Source: Sedimentisphaeraceae bacterium JB056
GTDB taxonomy: Bacteria; Planctomycetota; Phycisphaerae; Sedimentisphaerales; Sedimentisphaeraceae
Length of the DNA: 64,000 bases
Assembly (NCBI GenBank): GCA_044440125.1
Contig: JBITAJ010000004.1
Coordinates: forward strand, 223,235 to 287,234
Direction: 5' to 3'
The notes under the pieces were generated by a model. That model made no database searches. It was not told the origin of the DNA and was given only the letters and a program-made list of their open reading frames with translations. Shown here piece by piece: positions 49,726-62,100 of this stretch. The first letter of the stretch is position 1. Each line of letters begins with the position of its first letter. A program made the translations under genes and the position numbers.

Positions 49726-50619
49726 TCAAACTTCAAATTTCCGGCCGGTGAGCTTTTCGTAGCACTCTATATATTTGGCCGAAGTATTTTGTACGATATC
49801 ATCAGGAAGAATAATACCCTTGCCAGATTTGTCAAAATTTATCTCTTCAAGATAATTTCGCACAAACTGCTTATCATAACTTTCCTGATCACGACCCATT
49901 TCATATTTATCCGCGGGCCAGAAACGTGATGAATCTGGAGTAAGCACCTCATCGATAAGTATGATCTTTCCATCAATAACGCCCCACTCAAATTTTGTAT
50001 CAGCAAGTATTATACCTTTTTCAAGAGCATATTTCCCTGCTTTTTCAAATATTTCAATACTCTTAGCAGCTATGTAATCGGATGCTTCTTTACCAATAAT
50101 CTTCTCGCATTCAGCAACAGAAATATTCTCATCATGTTCGCCAAGCTCCGCTTTTGTAGATGGAGTAAACAGAGGCTCAGGAAGTTTCTGGCATTGTTTC
50201 AATCCCTCAGGAAGTTTATGACCGCAAACTTCTCCGGTCTTGAGATAACTCTTCCAGCCACTTCCCGTTATATAACCGCGAACTATGCACTCAACAGGAA
50301 GAACCTTTGTCTTTTTCACGAGCATACTTCGGCCGGTAAGCTCGGTTTTATGCTCATTAAACGGCACAGGAAGTTCCTCAACCTTACTTGTAATAAGATG
50401 ATTTTCAATATCGCCGGCAAAAAGATCAAACCAAAATTCGGATATCTTGGTAAGAACCTGCCCTTTATGAGGAATACCGTTTTCCATTATCACATCGAAA
50501 GCACTGATCCTGTCGGAAGCAACTATTAAAAGTTTGTCACCCAAGTCATAAATATCACGTACCTTGCCATGATGGACATTACCACTATCAATATTTGTCT
50601 GCAGAACTGTTTGAGTCAT
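49726..50619 (-). CDS. purC: SAICAR synthase
   Basis: GKVRDIY, SDRISAFD, ECIVRGY, FTPSTKA, ADTKFEWG, DEVLTPDSSRFW. Confidence 0.98.
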   Translation of the reverse strand: MTQTVLQTNIDSGNVHHGKVRDIYDLGDKLLIVASDRISAFDVIMENGIPHKGQVLTKISEFWFDLFAGDIENHLITSKVEELPVPFNEHKTELTGRSMLVKKTKVLPVECIVRGYITGSGWKSYLKTGEVCGHKLPEGLKQCQKLPEPLFTPSTKAELGEHDENISVAECEKIIGKEASDYIAAKSIEIFEKAGKYALEKGIILADTKFEWGVIDGKIILIDEVLTPDSSRFWPADKYEMGRDQESYDKQFVRNYLEEINFDKSGKGIILPDDIVQNTSAKYIECYEKLTGRKFEV

Positions 50620-50758
50620 TTTAATGAGTTTCCTTATATTTAATTTGTCGGCATGCCTTGACAGCAGGCATATTTACACAATGATATAATAATTAATCGG
50701 CATGTCAAAGTCAAGGAAGCTTTAAAAAACTCCAATGGTCTATAGTTGTTTAAATAAA

Positions 50759-50791
50759 AAAAGCCCCCGGTTTTTTTTGACCGAGGGCTTT
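50759..50791 (-). terminator. Terminator after the subtilase gene
   Basis: AAGCCCCCGG...CCGAGGGCTT stem with an A-run on the plus strand (U-tail on minus). Confidence 0.75.
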
Positions 50792-50811
50792 ATATTTACA
50801 TTAAGAACAGT

Positions 50812-53800
50812 TTACATCGTTGTGTCATCTGTCGTGTCGTCTGTCGTGTCGTCGCCTGAACCACCTCCTGTAACAGAGTTTGCGGGATCATATCCCGGAG
50901 GGTAATAGGTGATACCGTCTATCATGAGTATCCAGTGTATTACATCCTCATAGTTCATCTCAACATAGTTGTAACCGACAGTCACGATTTGCGGCTGCTC
51001 AATAGCAGTGTATGCATTCTCGTTTGTCGCAGAGTCACCACAGATCACTTTCCACTCAAGCATCTTGCCTGGATAAGGACCGACATTAACCTTCCAGATA
51101 ATAGTACTGTTAGAGTTATCATCTGTACCTGTACTTACCTCATAGTAAAGAGGATCAAGTGTCTCGTTAACAACACCGCCCGCATATATCCTTGGGCTTG
51201 AATAAGAACCCTTGGTCAGACATATGAACTGATACCATACCGGTCCGGAAGCATCTTCACTCTCAGTGAGTGCCTCGATTGTCTGCCATGCGTCCTCTTT
51301 ACCACTGAAGAACTGACTTGGTTCATAAACCTGCTCCGCCCTGAATATACAGGATAGAGGGAATGGCTTATCGCTATCTATCACAGAAGCGGCATTAGCC
51401 ATAGCCGAAGCCTCTTCGGACCAAAGTCCTTCATTGTAGTTTCGAGAAGTATCACGTGTCTTGACACGATAAGTGTAAAGCTCACCAACAGCAAGATCGG
51501 TATCTACGTATTCCGGATCACTCTGCCATGTACTGTTGTGGCCATTGCCGCTTGTACACTCGAAGAAGTATTCAACATCGTACGCTTCCGGATCAATCGC
51601 TGTTTTCGCAACCATTCTTATGCTCGCAACGCCGTCTACCACAGATGCTGTCTGAGGAGTAGTCTCCCATTTAGCCTTAGTAGGCTCAACAGATGTTGGA
51701 TCAGTTATTGGTGCCTGTGAATCATCACCTGCTCTGGTTCTTACTGCAAGAGAAGCAAGAGTTGTATTACCATTGCTGTCACGTGCATAGCAAACATAAG
51801 CATACTCATCATCAATGACCAAGCCAGTATCAGTATATGTACGATCGGTTATCCAACCGCTGTCATGACCGTTTCCGAATGTACACTCGAAATAGTACTC
51901 TATAGTGCCGATACAGTTATCAATCACAGTACTGGCTGTCATTGTTATAGCCGGCTCACCGGAACCCGCCGAAACAGGCTTTCTCTCCCAGGTCATGCGT
52001 CTAACCACATCCTCAGAGAAATCACTGTCAACAGTTTCACCATCTTCACCAAGTATCGGCTGAGGTGCGATTTTATCAGTTACCCCTACGGAAGCCATAG
52101 CGGTACTATCAACATAGTTAACAATACCATCCTGATTTATATCCGTACCATGACACCAATATGGATAGTCACACCTATCGAGCCAGTAGTCAAGCCCCCA
52201 AAGAGCCCACTCATTAGGACTTATCACACCATCAAAATTGAAATCACCAGCAAGGCCGGATGTTACCGGCAAGGTGTAGTGATAACCCATATCAACAGTG
52301 TTATTATCAAGTATACTGTCAACCCTTGTGGTATGACGATAAATATTATAATCTCTGGCTTCACCAGCACCAGCATCAATACAAGGGCTGTTAGCATCTT
52401 GACCGGCACTGATTGCACTGAGATAATAGAAATCTTCAACAGCCCATAAAGGATCTGTTGTTATATTAGAGGAAGCAGGATCCCATATATCCATATCAAC
52501 ATTATAGTTTATAGTACTGCTTCCTTCCGTATAAACAGGAGAACCATAACTTATCTGCGGCTCACCTTCTTCAACAGGGAATCTTAGGCGACCAATAGCA
52601 GAACTATTTCTATTTCTCGCTATCAGAGCAGTTGTTGCATTATCAAGGAACGCTCCTTCCACACCTGAACCCTCAAGCTCATAGAATGTTCCAGGTATAC
52701 CTGTTCCCTTAGAGAATCCTACCCTTGCGGTCGTACCGCCAAGCCCATCTGTTCCGCCATCAGCATCACCGGCTTCCCACTGAATCTGATCATAATTGAA
52801 TTCGATATCAAAATCGTTTTCACCTCTATCGGAACGTTCAATAAGAACAAGCTGGAAATTGTTAAGCTTATCCTGTTTCTGATCGTAATATCCAACATTG
52901 ATATAGTTTACAAAGAAAGCATCACAAGTTATTAGTTGTCCATTTTCTTCAATATCCACAGTTCCGCGTCCATAGCTGATAGTGTTGCCGCGACTGGTAT
53001 CAACATCAGCATGGAATGGTGCGATTATAGGAGTCTCCACATTAGTGCTCAGCAAGAATTCACTGAAAGTCGTAACCGGCTCCCAGAAGCTTATGCAGCC
53101 ATTGTCACTGACATAGACTCTATTTGTGGTAAGCCCATAGAAGTTAACGGTAAATCCAAGATCAACGAGGTCTGTTGAAGTATTCGTCAATGCAGGAAGT
53201 TCAAAATAATCTTCCGTTTCATCAACTATGATCTGTCCCTCATCATCACTGTTTATACCCCTTATCGCCACAAGGCCTGTATCAACAAACGGAGGCTCTT
53301 CTTTAAGCGGCTCTATGAGACTATAACGTATATCAGCATTTGAAGGCTCTCCATCATGAGGCTCACAAACCGCTATCTGCGAACCATTAGAGCAAAGATT
53401 GCCGTAAAGAATACTGTTGATTATTGAAACAGTACTTACATCACTGATAAGAATTCCGCCACCTTTACCACCGGCTGCTGTAACCGCGTTATCGGCCACC
53501 GTACAGTTGATAAGCTGTGGATCAGAATGGGTAGCAATATTCATACCACCACCGCCAAGACCGGCATAGTTACCAGCAAGCAAACAGTTGCGAAGATACA
53601 TATTGCTGTAATCGCTAAGAGATTCTACATCATAAAGACTTTTGCCGGAAACATACACAGCACCGCCAAAACCACCTGTCATGTTCTCTCTGAACTTACA
53701 GTCATTAAGTTCTGTCTTGGCACTGTAAGCCGCAATAGCTCCACCATGGCCACTCTTGTCATACTGATCTTCAGATATAGGATCGATCAGATTACCGTCT

Positions 53801-56800
53801 GCATCATAAACTTCCGGAATATCTTCAAGCTGTATTATGGATCTGTTCGCTGTAAAATCTGAACGAACTACCATAGTATAACCTGCCGCAAGATTTACCA
53901 GATCATTCATACCAGGTGAATAATCAAAATCCATATATACTAAAACGTCCCCATTGCTTGACGGAGTAACGTACTCTACTCTTGAGAGGTAACGAATATC
54001 AGAATCATTACCGCCTGCAATTGCTACTGCACCACCAATATCTGATTCATTTTCGACAAATTCACAATCTTCGATAATGACACTTTCTATAGTGTTGTCA
54101 CTATCGATGTATCCTGTATTATCGACACATATGGCACCACCCATTACGGCCTGGTTACCTTCAAAATAGCAACTTACAAACTTAGGCCTTGAGTTTCTCT
54201 GTGCATAAACGGCACCACCATTACTCTGATAGTCATTTGAGTTTACTATAGTACCACCATCAGGATGAGTAGTCGGCACTTCCCAATTTGCAATATTATT
54301 CTTAAACGAACAATCCTCAAAGAGAGGTTTACTCATAGCATCACAGAATACAGCACCGCCGTATGAAGGTACCCTTGTATGATCAGTTGGGGTTCCGGTA
54401 TGATTTGTTATACCAGAAGAACCACTTGTAGCGCTGCAGTTCTCAAAATAACAATTCCTTATCACTGGTTCAGCACCTATACCAATATACATGGCTCCAC
54501 CACGACCGGCATATTGAGACTTTTCTTCCTGTGCAGGATAATAAGGCTTCTTCTCATGCGGCAATACAAATCTGAAACTATTTGCAACACCTTCTACATC
54601 ATCTTCTTCACTAAACCCAGGCAAAGAAGTCGTATGGGCAACATATGGCCACCATAAAGCGGCCGGGTCGCCCCATAATCCAGGCATCGATTGGAGACCT
54701 GGCCCCATGCCGCCATTTCCACCATGACCACCTTCAGCCGAAAGATTAACAAATTCACAATCCTCAAAGAGAGGATTACAGTAGTTATCAATATAAACAC
54801 CGCCGCCAAAACTAATGCCCGGCCAACCGCCATCTCCTTCAGTACTTGAGGCGCCATCACCTCCATTACCAATGCTGTATGTACCATTGATAAGACGACA
54901 GTTTGTTATCGTTGGAGAAGAAACTGTCCATGTCTCGCTAACAGAATCGTAACTTGAGAGAAGTTTCATTATGCATCCGCCACTGCTAGTTGCATGATCA
55001 CCATCCGGATAGGGATTACATGTAGTTCCACCATCACATGCATCAGCTGTACCGTATGTAATGTTCCTCTGATCGAAAGTGATATCTCTGATTATTGTAT
55101 TACGACCAACATTATGAAAAATCAAGATACCATCCCTGATAATCGTAGACTCCGGATTACCTGGGTCACCACCCTGTATAGTAACAGGTTTATCTATGGT
55201 TGTCCAAATAGACGGATCGTCAGGATTAGTATTCTCGGTAAAATGATGCTCACCAGGAAGCAACTGTATCACATCACCATCTTTAACATCAGGATGAAGG
55301 AGGGCCTTACGAAGAGAATCAAACATGCCATCGCCTTGAGGACCTACGGTCCATACCTGCGGCTGATAGAACTCGACATAAACATCCTGATAGTTCTGCA
55401 TTACTGTTACCTGATTCGTTCTCGATAGTGAAGCATCGTCATCTGTACCGTGCCAGCGTATTTTATGCTCTGGTTCATCAGGTATTGCCTCAAGTTGAAC
55501 AACCTCTCCTCTCTGATATGTTTTAACAGGAGATTCTTCACTATTTTGGTATACGGTACCGTTACCTGTAGTGATAACAATACGCAAAGTCGCCTGCGCT
55601 TCACCAAATACAGCATATATCTCATTAACAGTATCAAGTGGCACAACTATTTTATAAGGTATTCCCTCAACACCGTTATCAACATACATCAGCTGACCAT
55701 CAGTATCATAAAGTCCGTAATAATCTCCATCAGGATTATCTTCAGTTATCTCAGTAAGCAGATTACCGGAACTGTCAGTCCATTGGTAGAACATGTAGCC
55801 TGTACTTGCGATAGCCGTAACAGTAACCTGTGAGTGAGGTTTGAAAGGACTCACTGGATCAGTAATAACACTTCCGCCTCTGGCAGGAATAACATTTACA
55901 GTTAATGTCTCTGTCTCGGAATAAGGTGCGTTTGGATCTGTATAATGATAACCTATATCCGCTATGCCTGTATCATAGACTCCATCAGTCCTCATACTTT
56001 TATCGCCAAGATTATAATCATCGGCCAAACCAAGGCCTCCGTCATAACATGGGCTTGTTGCAGAAGTTCCACTTTCTGATGCAACATCTCCATTTGCATC
56101 CAGTACCTGTCCGGCATCAGCGTGACTCAGATAATACGAACCCAGACTACCTTCAAGATACATTGGATCCTCAACAAGGTTATTTGCACTTCCCGGCATT
56201 GAATCTATGGACGCTGCACTCGCCAAACCGATAACACCATCATCAAAAATGGCACCATCAGGATTGTTGTAATACAGACAATTATTGGAAACCAGACTTG
56301 AAAATGCGCCACTCTCATAGATAGCATAGTTGTCAGCGTTAGTGAATATGCTGTTTATAACATCAATGTAATTATTATCATCAACATAGATTCCACTGCC
56401 ATATCTTGATACGTTATTATCTGCAGTAGCATTAATAATCGTCACATAGGAATTGTCCGTCGGTGTTCCATAAAGATAGACAGCACCACCCCACCAGTTT
56501 GAAACATTCTCAGTAATAAGCAAATTATACATATCAACTGTTGAAGAGTGGATGCTTATACCACCACCAAACATTTCAGATCTGTTACCCGTCATTACAG
56601 CATTTGATATCTCAGACGAAGGAGACCCCTTGATAAAAACAGAGCCGCCATCAGCGAAACATTGATTACCGGTAAAATCAGAGTCAACGACCTGAGCAGT
56701 AGAATACTCTACCATCAGGGCACCACCATCACTGCCGGCAATATTTGAAGTAAAATCACTGCCCTCAATCGCCACTGAACCGTTATCTCCTCCACAGAAT

Positions 56801-58986
56801 ATCGCACCACCACCATAAGGCGGGAAGGCAATAGAAGTAGAGTTGCCAAAGAAATCAGTATCGGTTATTGATAATAGTGAATCCTCACCGTAAAGGGCAC
56901 CACCGCTATACTCAGCAGAGTTATTATCAAAATGAGAATCAATTGTAGAAACTACAGATTCCTTAGCAGCAACACATCCACCATTACCATTGGCCACATA
57001 ATTGAGATAAAAATCACAGGCATTTACATCAATCAGTGCCGAGTTCTCGGCATACACAACGCCACCGTCAAAACCGGCAGTGTTATTATAAAGCTGCGAG
57101 GAGTCAAGTGTAAGTGAAGTTCCACTTAGATATATAGCGCCACCATTCTGCAGAGAAGCATTATCATAAATAAAGCAAGAATTTAGGTCAATAGTACTGT
57201 CTACAGCATACAACGAAGCTCCATAGTCACCCATATTTTCTCTAAGGCCGCAATTGGTCATGTTAAGCGTAGAGTTAGCAGTAACTTTTACTGCTGAACT
57301 CGCAGCCTTTTCAATATATATACCATCCATTGAAACAGTTTCGCCGCCTTCAATTGTAACCAGAGGCAAAGCTTCATCAACAGTATAGCACTCATCAACC
57401 GTTATAAAGGCCATATCTGGTAAGTTCGGATCATCAATAAGACCGAAATTAAGACTCAAGCCATTCGTATTTATATTCTCGTAATACCAGCTGTAATCAT
57501 AAAGAAGGATAGAATCGCCATCGGCTGCCGCATCAATAGCCGCCTGAATCGTGTTGTATTCAGTTTGAGCAACACCATCGTCAAGCAGAACAGGTGTACC
57601 GGCTATCATTCTAAGCATAGAATAGAGATTCAACCGGCCCTCACTCACACACAAACCGGCAAGTGGATCGATCTTGTCTGACGATTCATACATTATCTCC
57701 ATAGCCTTGAGCGGTAACTGACCGTCAGGCCACACGCAGTCAGGATCCGCTGACATATCAGCTGTAGTATCATTAAGGAAAGAATGCATCAAGGCAAAAG
57801 CACCGGCTACTTGAGGAGCAGCCATTGATGTACCACTCATAAACGCAAGCATAGAACCTGGATACGTACTCAAAATATTACTTCCAGGGGCGGCAATGTC
57901 AACTGTAGTTCTTCCGTAATTACTGAATCCACTGACATTGTCAGATTCATCCGTAGACATAACGGATACTATATTAGGAAGATTATAACTTGCCGGATAA
58001 GCCGGAGTTACATCATTATTATTTGTTTCATTTCCGGCAGATGTGACAAAGACTATACCACTGTCACCGGCTTCACTGATCAACTGATAGGCAAGCTCCG
58101 AATAACCATACCCTCCGAAAGAATAATTGATCACGTCAGCACCCATTATAGTTGCATAATAAACACAATAGGCGAAATCAAGCATTGTGGCCGAGCCGCC
58201 AGAATCATCAGCAGACACCTTCAATGCCATCAGGCTTACTGCGTGGTTGACACCTACAACACCAGCGCCATTCCCAACAGCACCTACAATACCGGCAACA
58301 TGAGTTCCATGACCCTCAACATCGTTAGGGTCATTATCCCAATCGTCTTCCTCTTCCATTTTTTCACCGGCAAAGTCGAAACCAATAAGATCATCCACAA
58401 GACCATTGCCATCGTCATCAACCTCGGGAAGACCATTCAATTCGGCGTCATTAGTCCATATATTATCGAAAAGATCAGGATGAACATATTCAACACCGGT
58501 ATCAATCACGGCAACAACAGTATCCCTGGAACCAGTTGTATAACCCCAGGCATACTCAGACTGCATAACCTGATGACACCACTGATCTCCATAATACCCG
58601 TCAGTAGGCACTACTTTAGTAGGTAATGGAGCATTAGTTTTATAAATATAGTTAGGTTCTACGAACTTAACATTAGATGATTGAGCAAAAGTATTTATAC
58701 CGGAATCAACTGTAGAACTAACTGGCAGTTCTACGAGTGCAAGCCCCTTTTTAACCATCGTTGCATCTCTGGCAATCGCAGCCTCAGGCATAACCGTAGT
58801 AACAGCCTGATCGAGAATAACGGTGCTTGAAACCGGCCCCTTCATTGATTCAGCAATACTATCAATATACTTGTCGTCAAAGCAGACGACCAACTGTCCC
58901 TCGACGTATTCCGGCTCAGACGAAGCCCAAACCGACCCAACCAAACCCAACACAAAGATCAGTAAGCTGATAATACGTTTTGTCAT
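50812..58986 (-). CDS. Giant secreted S8 (subtilisin-like) peptidase with beta-helix repeats, NIDO-like, dockerin-like and FN3-like domains
   Basis: Signal peptide; catalytic triad VAVIDTG, GHGTHVAG, SGTSMAAP; repeated GGAI/GGAV...FxxN; IAPFHADVD...NNFQLVL...IEFNYDQIQW; C-terminal (DDTT)3. Confidence 0.92.
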   Translation of the reverse strand: MTKRIISLLIFVLGLVGSVWASSEPEYVEGQLVVCFDDKYIDSIAESMKGPVSSTVILDQAVTTVMPEAAIARDATMVKKGLALVELPVSSTVDSGINTFAQSSNVKFVEPNYIYKTNAPLPTKVVPTDGYYGDQWCHQVMQSEYAWGYTTGSRDTVVAVIDTGVEYVHPDLFDNIWTNDAELNGLPEVDDDGNGLVDDLIGFDFAGEKMEEEDDWDNDPNDVEGHGTHVAGIVGAVGNGAGVVGVNHAVSLMALKVSADDSGGSATMLDFAYCVYYATIMGADVINYSFGGYGYSELAYQLISEAGDSGIVFVTSAGNETNNNDVTPAYPASYNLPNIVSVMSTDESDNVSGFSNYGRTTVDIAAPGSNILSTYPGSMLAFMSGTSMAAPQVAGAFALMHSFLNDTTADMSADPDCVWPDGQLPLKAMEIMYESSDKIDPLAGLCVSEGRLNLYSMLRMIAGTPVLLDDGVAQTEYNTIQAAIDAAADGDSILLYDYSWYYENINTNGLSLNFGLIDDPNLPDMAFITVDECYTVDEALPLVTIEGGETVSMDGIYIEKAASSAVKVTANSTLNMTNCGLRENMGDYGASLYAVDSTIDLNSCFIYDNASLQNGGAIYLSGTSLTLDSSQLYNNTAGFDGGVVYAENSALIDVNACDFYLNYVANGNGGCVAAKESVVSTIDSHFDNNSAEYSGGALYGEDSLLSITDTDFFGNSTSIAFPPYGGGAIFCGGDNGSVAIEGSDFTSNIAGSDGGALMVEYSTAQVVDSDFTGNQCFADGGSVFIKGSPSSEISNAVMTGNRSEMFGGGISIHSSTVDMYNLLITENVSNWWGGAVYLYGTPTDNSYVTIINATADNNVSRYGSGIYVDDNNYIDVINSIFTNADNYAIYESGAFSSLVSNNCLYYNNPDGAIFDDGVIGLASAASIDSMPGSANNLVEDPMYLEGSLGSYYLSHADAGQVLDANGDVASESGTSATSPCYDGGLGLADDYNLGDKSMRTDGVYDTGIADIGYHYTDPNAPYSETETLTVNVIPARGGSVITDPVSPFKPHSQVTVTAIASTGYMFYQWTDSSGNLLTEITEDNPDGDYYGLYDTDGQLMYVDNGVEGIPYKIVVPLDTVNEIYAVFGEAQATLRIVITTGNGTVYQNSEESPVKTYQRGEVVQLEAIPDEPEHKIRWHGTDDDASLSRTNQVTVMQNYQDVYVEFYQPQVWTVGPQGDGMFDSLRKALLHPDVKDGDVIQLLPGEHHFTENTNPDDPSIWTTIDKPVTIQGGDPGNPESTIIRDGILIFHNVGRNTIIRDITFDQRNITYGTADACDGGTTCNPYPDGDHATSSGGCIMKLLSSYDSVSETWTVSSPTITNCRLINGTYSIGNGGDGASSTEGDGGWPGISFGGGVYIDNYCNPLFEDCEFVNLSAEGGHGGNGGMGPGLQSMPGLWGDPAALWWPYVAHTTSLPGFSEEDDVEGVANSFRFVLPHEKKPYYPAQEEKSQYAGRGGAMYIGIGAEPVIRNCYFENCSATSGSSGITNHTGTPTDHTRVPSYGGAVFCDAMSKPLFEDCSFKNNIANWEVPTTHPDGGTIVNSNDYQSNGGAVYAQRNSRPKFVSCYFEGNQAVMGGAICVDNTGYIDSDNTIESVIIEDCEFVENESDIGGAVAIAGGNDSDIRYLSRVEYVTPSSNGDVLVYMDFDYSPGMNDLVNLAAGYTMVVRSDFTANRSIIQLEDIPEVYDADGNLIDPISEDQYDKSGHGGAIAAYSAKTELNDCKFRENMTGGFGGAVYVSGKSLYDVESLSDYSNMYLRNCLLAGNYAGLGGGGMNIATHSDPQLINCTVADNAVTAAGGKGGGILISDVSTVSIINSILYGNLCSNGSQIAVCEPHDGEPSNADIRYSLIEPLKEEPPFVDTGLVAIRGINSDDEGQIIVDETEDYFELPALTNTSTDLVDLGFTVNFYGLTTNRVYVSDNGCISFWEPVTTFSEFLLSTNVETPIIAPFHADVDTSRGNTISYGRGTVDIEENGQLITCDAFFVNYINVGYYDQKQDKLNNFQLVLIERSDRGENDFDIEFNYDQIQWEAGDADGGTDGLGGTTARVGFSKGTGIPGTFYELEGSGVEGAFLDNATTALIARNRNSSAIGRLRFPVEEGEPQISYGSPVYTEGSSTINYNVDMDIWDPASSNITTDPLWAVEDFYYLSAISAGQDANSPCIDAGAGEARDYNIYRHTTRVDSILDNNTVDMGYHYTLPVTSGLAGDFNFDGVISPNEWALWGLDYWLDRCDYPYWCHGTDINQDGIVNYVDSTAMASVGVTDKIAPQPILGEDGETVDSDFSEDVVRRMTWERKPVSAGSGEPAITMTASTVIDNCIGTIEYYFECTFGNGHDSGWITDRTYTDTGLVIDDEYAYVCYARDSNGNTTLASLAVRTRAGDDSQAPITDPTSVEPTKAKWETTPQTASVVDGVASIRMVAKTAIDPEAYDVEYFFECTSGNGHNSTWQSDPEYVDTDLAVGELYTYRVKTRDTSRNYNEGLWSEEASAMANAASVIDSDKPFPLSCIFRAEQVYEPSQFFSGKEDAWQTIEALTESEDASGPVWYQFICLTKGSYSSPRIYAGGVVNETLDPLYYEVSTGTDDNSNSTIIWKVNVGPYPGKMLEWKVICGDSATNENAYTAIEQPQIVTVGYNYVEMNYEDVIHWILMIDGITYYPPGYDPANSVTGGGSGDDTTDDTTDDTTM

Positions 58987-59070
58987 ACAAATACCCTATA
59001 ATATAATTTAGTTATGATAACTGCGAAAATATACGGCAGCCATTACAGCACCGTATATTCATATATGTAT

Positions 59071-59098
59071 GTTCGAGGCCGGAAAACCGGCCTCGAAC
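59071..59098. terminator. Perfect 12-bp hairpin after the secretin gene
   Basis: GTTCGAGGCCGG-AAAA-CCGGCCTCGAAC. Confidence 0.65.
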
Positions 59099-59119
59099 TT
59101 AATAAACTGGAAATATATA

Positions 59120-62100
59120 TTAGAAACGACTTTCCATAGCTGCAACCGCATCTCTTTCCTGCTCATCCTGCAAGATTATTGTAGGCTTAACAAGTATCAA
59201 CAAGACGCTGTTATCTTTTACTTTGCTCCTGTTTTCAAACAACCTTCCAAATACAGGAAGCTTACTCAATACAGGAACACCTTCATCCTTGTTTATCTCA
59301 CCGGTAAGTTTCTGACCACCGATAAGCAGCGTACCGCCATCAGGTACGGTAACCCTTGTTCTTACATCAGCAATCTGCGAAACAGGCAGCTGAATCGGGT
59401 AAACCTCACCGGTCTCAGTATCCGGAATATCGTATGTTTCAAAATCAGTCTTGGTATAAGAAGTCATTATACGAAGAAGAACATACTTTTTATCAGCTGT
59501 TATTGTCGGAGTAACATTGAGAACTACACCGTCACGAATAACTGAAATCTCAGGGTCTGCAATCGAAGTGATCACTGGATTATCACCGGTTGTTGTATTC
59601 TCTTCAAATTCATAGTCTGCAACATAAGAGAACTCTGTCTCAACCCTGATACCGGCACTTTCGCCACTAAGCACTGTAACCTTAGGAGCATTCAAATTCT
59701 TAGAATCTTTATGTGCCTGTGTCGCTTCAAGAATAAAGCTGACCTGAAGATCATCAAGTACATAGCCGCCTGATACAGTAGAAGCCAAAGCACCTGCCAA
59801 AGAACCAGGTACACCAGTTGATTCCGGTGAAGCACCATTAGCACTATCCTGATCAATGACTATTGACTGCCAGTTTGTATCGTCCGGATTTATAACTACA
59901 TCGAGATCGAGTCCTATTTCTTCAAGGAAGTTTTCGGTAACCGTCAGGAACCTTGCCTCAATGGCAACCTGCTCACCAAGTGAAGAACGGAGATCATCAA
60001 TTAACTCACGAATCTTCTCATGATTTTCGAGTGTCTGACGAATTACAAGAACATTGTTTGAATAAGTAGTCAGGCTCGCTTCACCACCGGCATCATACCA
60101 ACTTTCAGGATCAATAGTTTCCTGTATAAGCTGTATAATTGCTGATGCGCGTCCCTGAGCTTCCTGACGCATAGTATCACTGTCGTAGTCCTGATCATCA
60201 TCATTGCTGCTGCTTCTGCTACTGCTGCTGCTTCCGCCGCCGCCACCGCCGGCACTACGTCCACCACCCTGATTACCATAATCAGTAGTGTCCATATCAA
60301 AGTTAAATTCTGCTGATGGACTCAAAAGCTCTGTAACATCATACTTACGTACAACAAGCTTATCAGGAAGAGACTCAGCAGTTGCGATTCGTATAACACC
60401 ATCAGTTACAACATAGCTGATATCAGCAAGACCGCCTGCCACTGATGAAAGAAGGAGGCTAAGACCAAGCTTTGCCTTTACAGGAGCAGGAATTGTAAGA
60501 TTGATAGGTGTATTTCTGTCAACAAAAGCGTTCTCATCAAGATCTGTCCAGAGCACAACGATAGTTACCGGAGGCTCCATTGAATTGGCAAGAATATCAA
60601 TAGCTTCGCCGAATGTCATGTCTTCGTAGAAAGAAGTAAGATCGACTGTCTGCTCAAGAGCACGGTAAACAGAAAGATCTTCTGGTGCGAAGTCGTTGTC
60701 CTGCTGAGATTTACGTCTTTCAACGATATCCTTCCATGTCTTAGGATATGTTACTTCATCAGAATAAGGAATTGACGCACGATCTGAATTGAGAAGAGTC
60801 TCAATTTCCTGCTCATGCTTTTCTTTCTCTATAGAAAGCTGCTCACGCCATGTGATCGTTTCTTCGATTGTTTGCTTCTGAAGAAGAGCAATACTGTTGA
60901 GAGGATCTATCGCAAGAAGTGCCTCAAGCTGTGCAAGAGCCTCTTTATATCTCTGCTCTCTCTGGAATGCCATAGCGTTGGCAAGATAATCTTTCACCGC
61001 ACGCTGTCTTTGCGCTTCAACGTTAGAACGTATCTTTTCCTGAAGCTGCTCTGTTTCAATACGCTTGACCTTGGCTTCCTGAGCAGCGGCCTTAGCCTGT
61101 GCTGCATCAATTTGTGCCGAAAGCTCGTCAAGCTGACTCTTATACTGGTTATAAAGTGCATCGCCGAGAAGCATTTTTGTCTTCTCTACATTTGCGTAAG
61201 CTACTGCCAAAGCACCCTTTGCAGCAGAATAATCTCCCGCTTCGATAGCTTCGTTAGCCTTCATTACAGAGTCAGAAACAATCGCCTGAGTATAATCTCT
61301 CTGACGGTCTCTCTTCTGCTGGATAACTCTTATATAGCTGTCTTCTTTGAGCTCTTGCTCTGTCTTGGCAACAGATTCATCTGCATCAGTAATTTGTGTA
61401 TCAGCCGCTGCTTCAACTTTCTGAACATCTGCCTTTTGGGCATCTGCCATAGCTTTGGCTTGTGCAGCTTCCGCCTCTTTGGCTGCCTTAGCATCTGCTA
61501 AAGCCTTGGCCTCAGCAGCTTTACGTGCCTTTTCCTGCTCAGCGGCAACTCTTGCGGCCTCTGCCTTTGCTGCAGCTTCTGCTTCTTTAGCCGCCTTGGC
61601 ATCTGCTAAAGCCTTAGCTTCAGCAGCTTTGCGTGCTTTTTCCTGCTCAGCGGCAACTCTTTGAGCCTCAGCCTTAGCTGCTGCTTCCGCCATTGCCTTC
61701 TCTTCTGCCGCGGCTTTTTCCGCAGCTTCAATCTGAGCAATTTTATCAGCTTCGATCTTCTTATCGATCTTATTCATATAGTAATCGGCATCTCTACCAA
61801 AGAAATAAGCGATATCAACGCCGCTTGCTGCTACCTTAGCAAAACCTTCTTTGGCTTCCATCAGCTTGCCTTCGTTGTAAAGCTCGTAGCTCTTATCGAA
61901 AACAGTCTTCATTTCAGCTCGCATATCCGGCTGAACTTGTTTAGGTGCCATCTGAACAGCTTCTTCTGTTTTAGCCGCTGTTTTTTCCACTTCCTGCTTA
62001 GCAGGCTCAGTTGCGACTTCAACCTTGGCTGAATTCTGAGCATCTTCAATTTTAGAAAGGAAGTAATCACTGTCCTGCCCAAACCAACGGCTTACATTAA

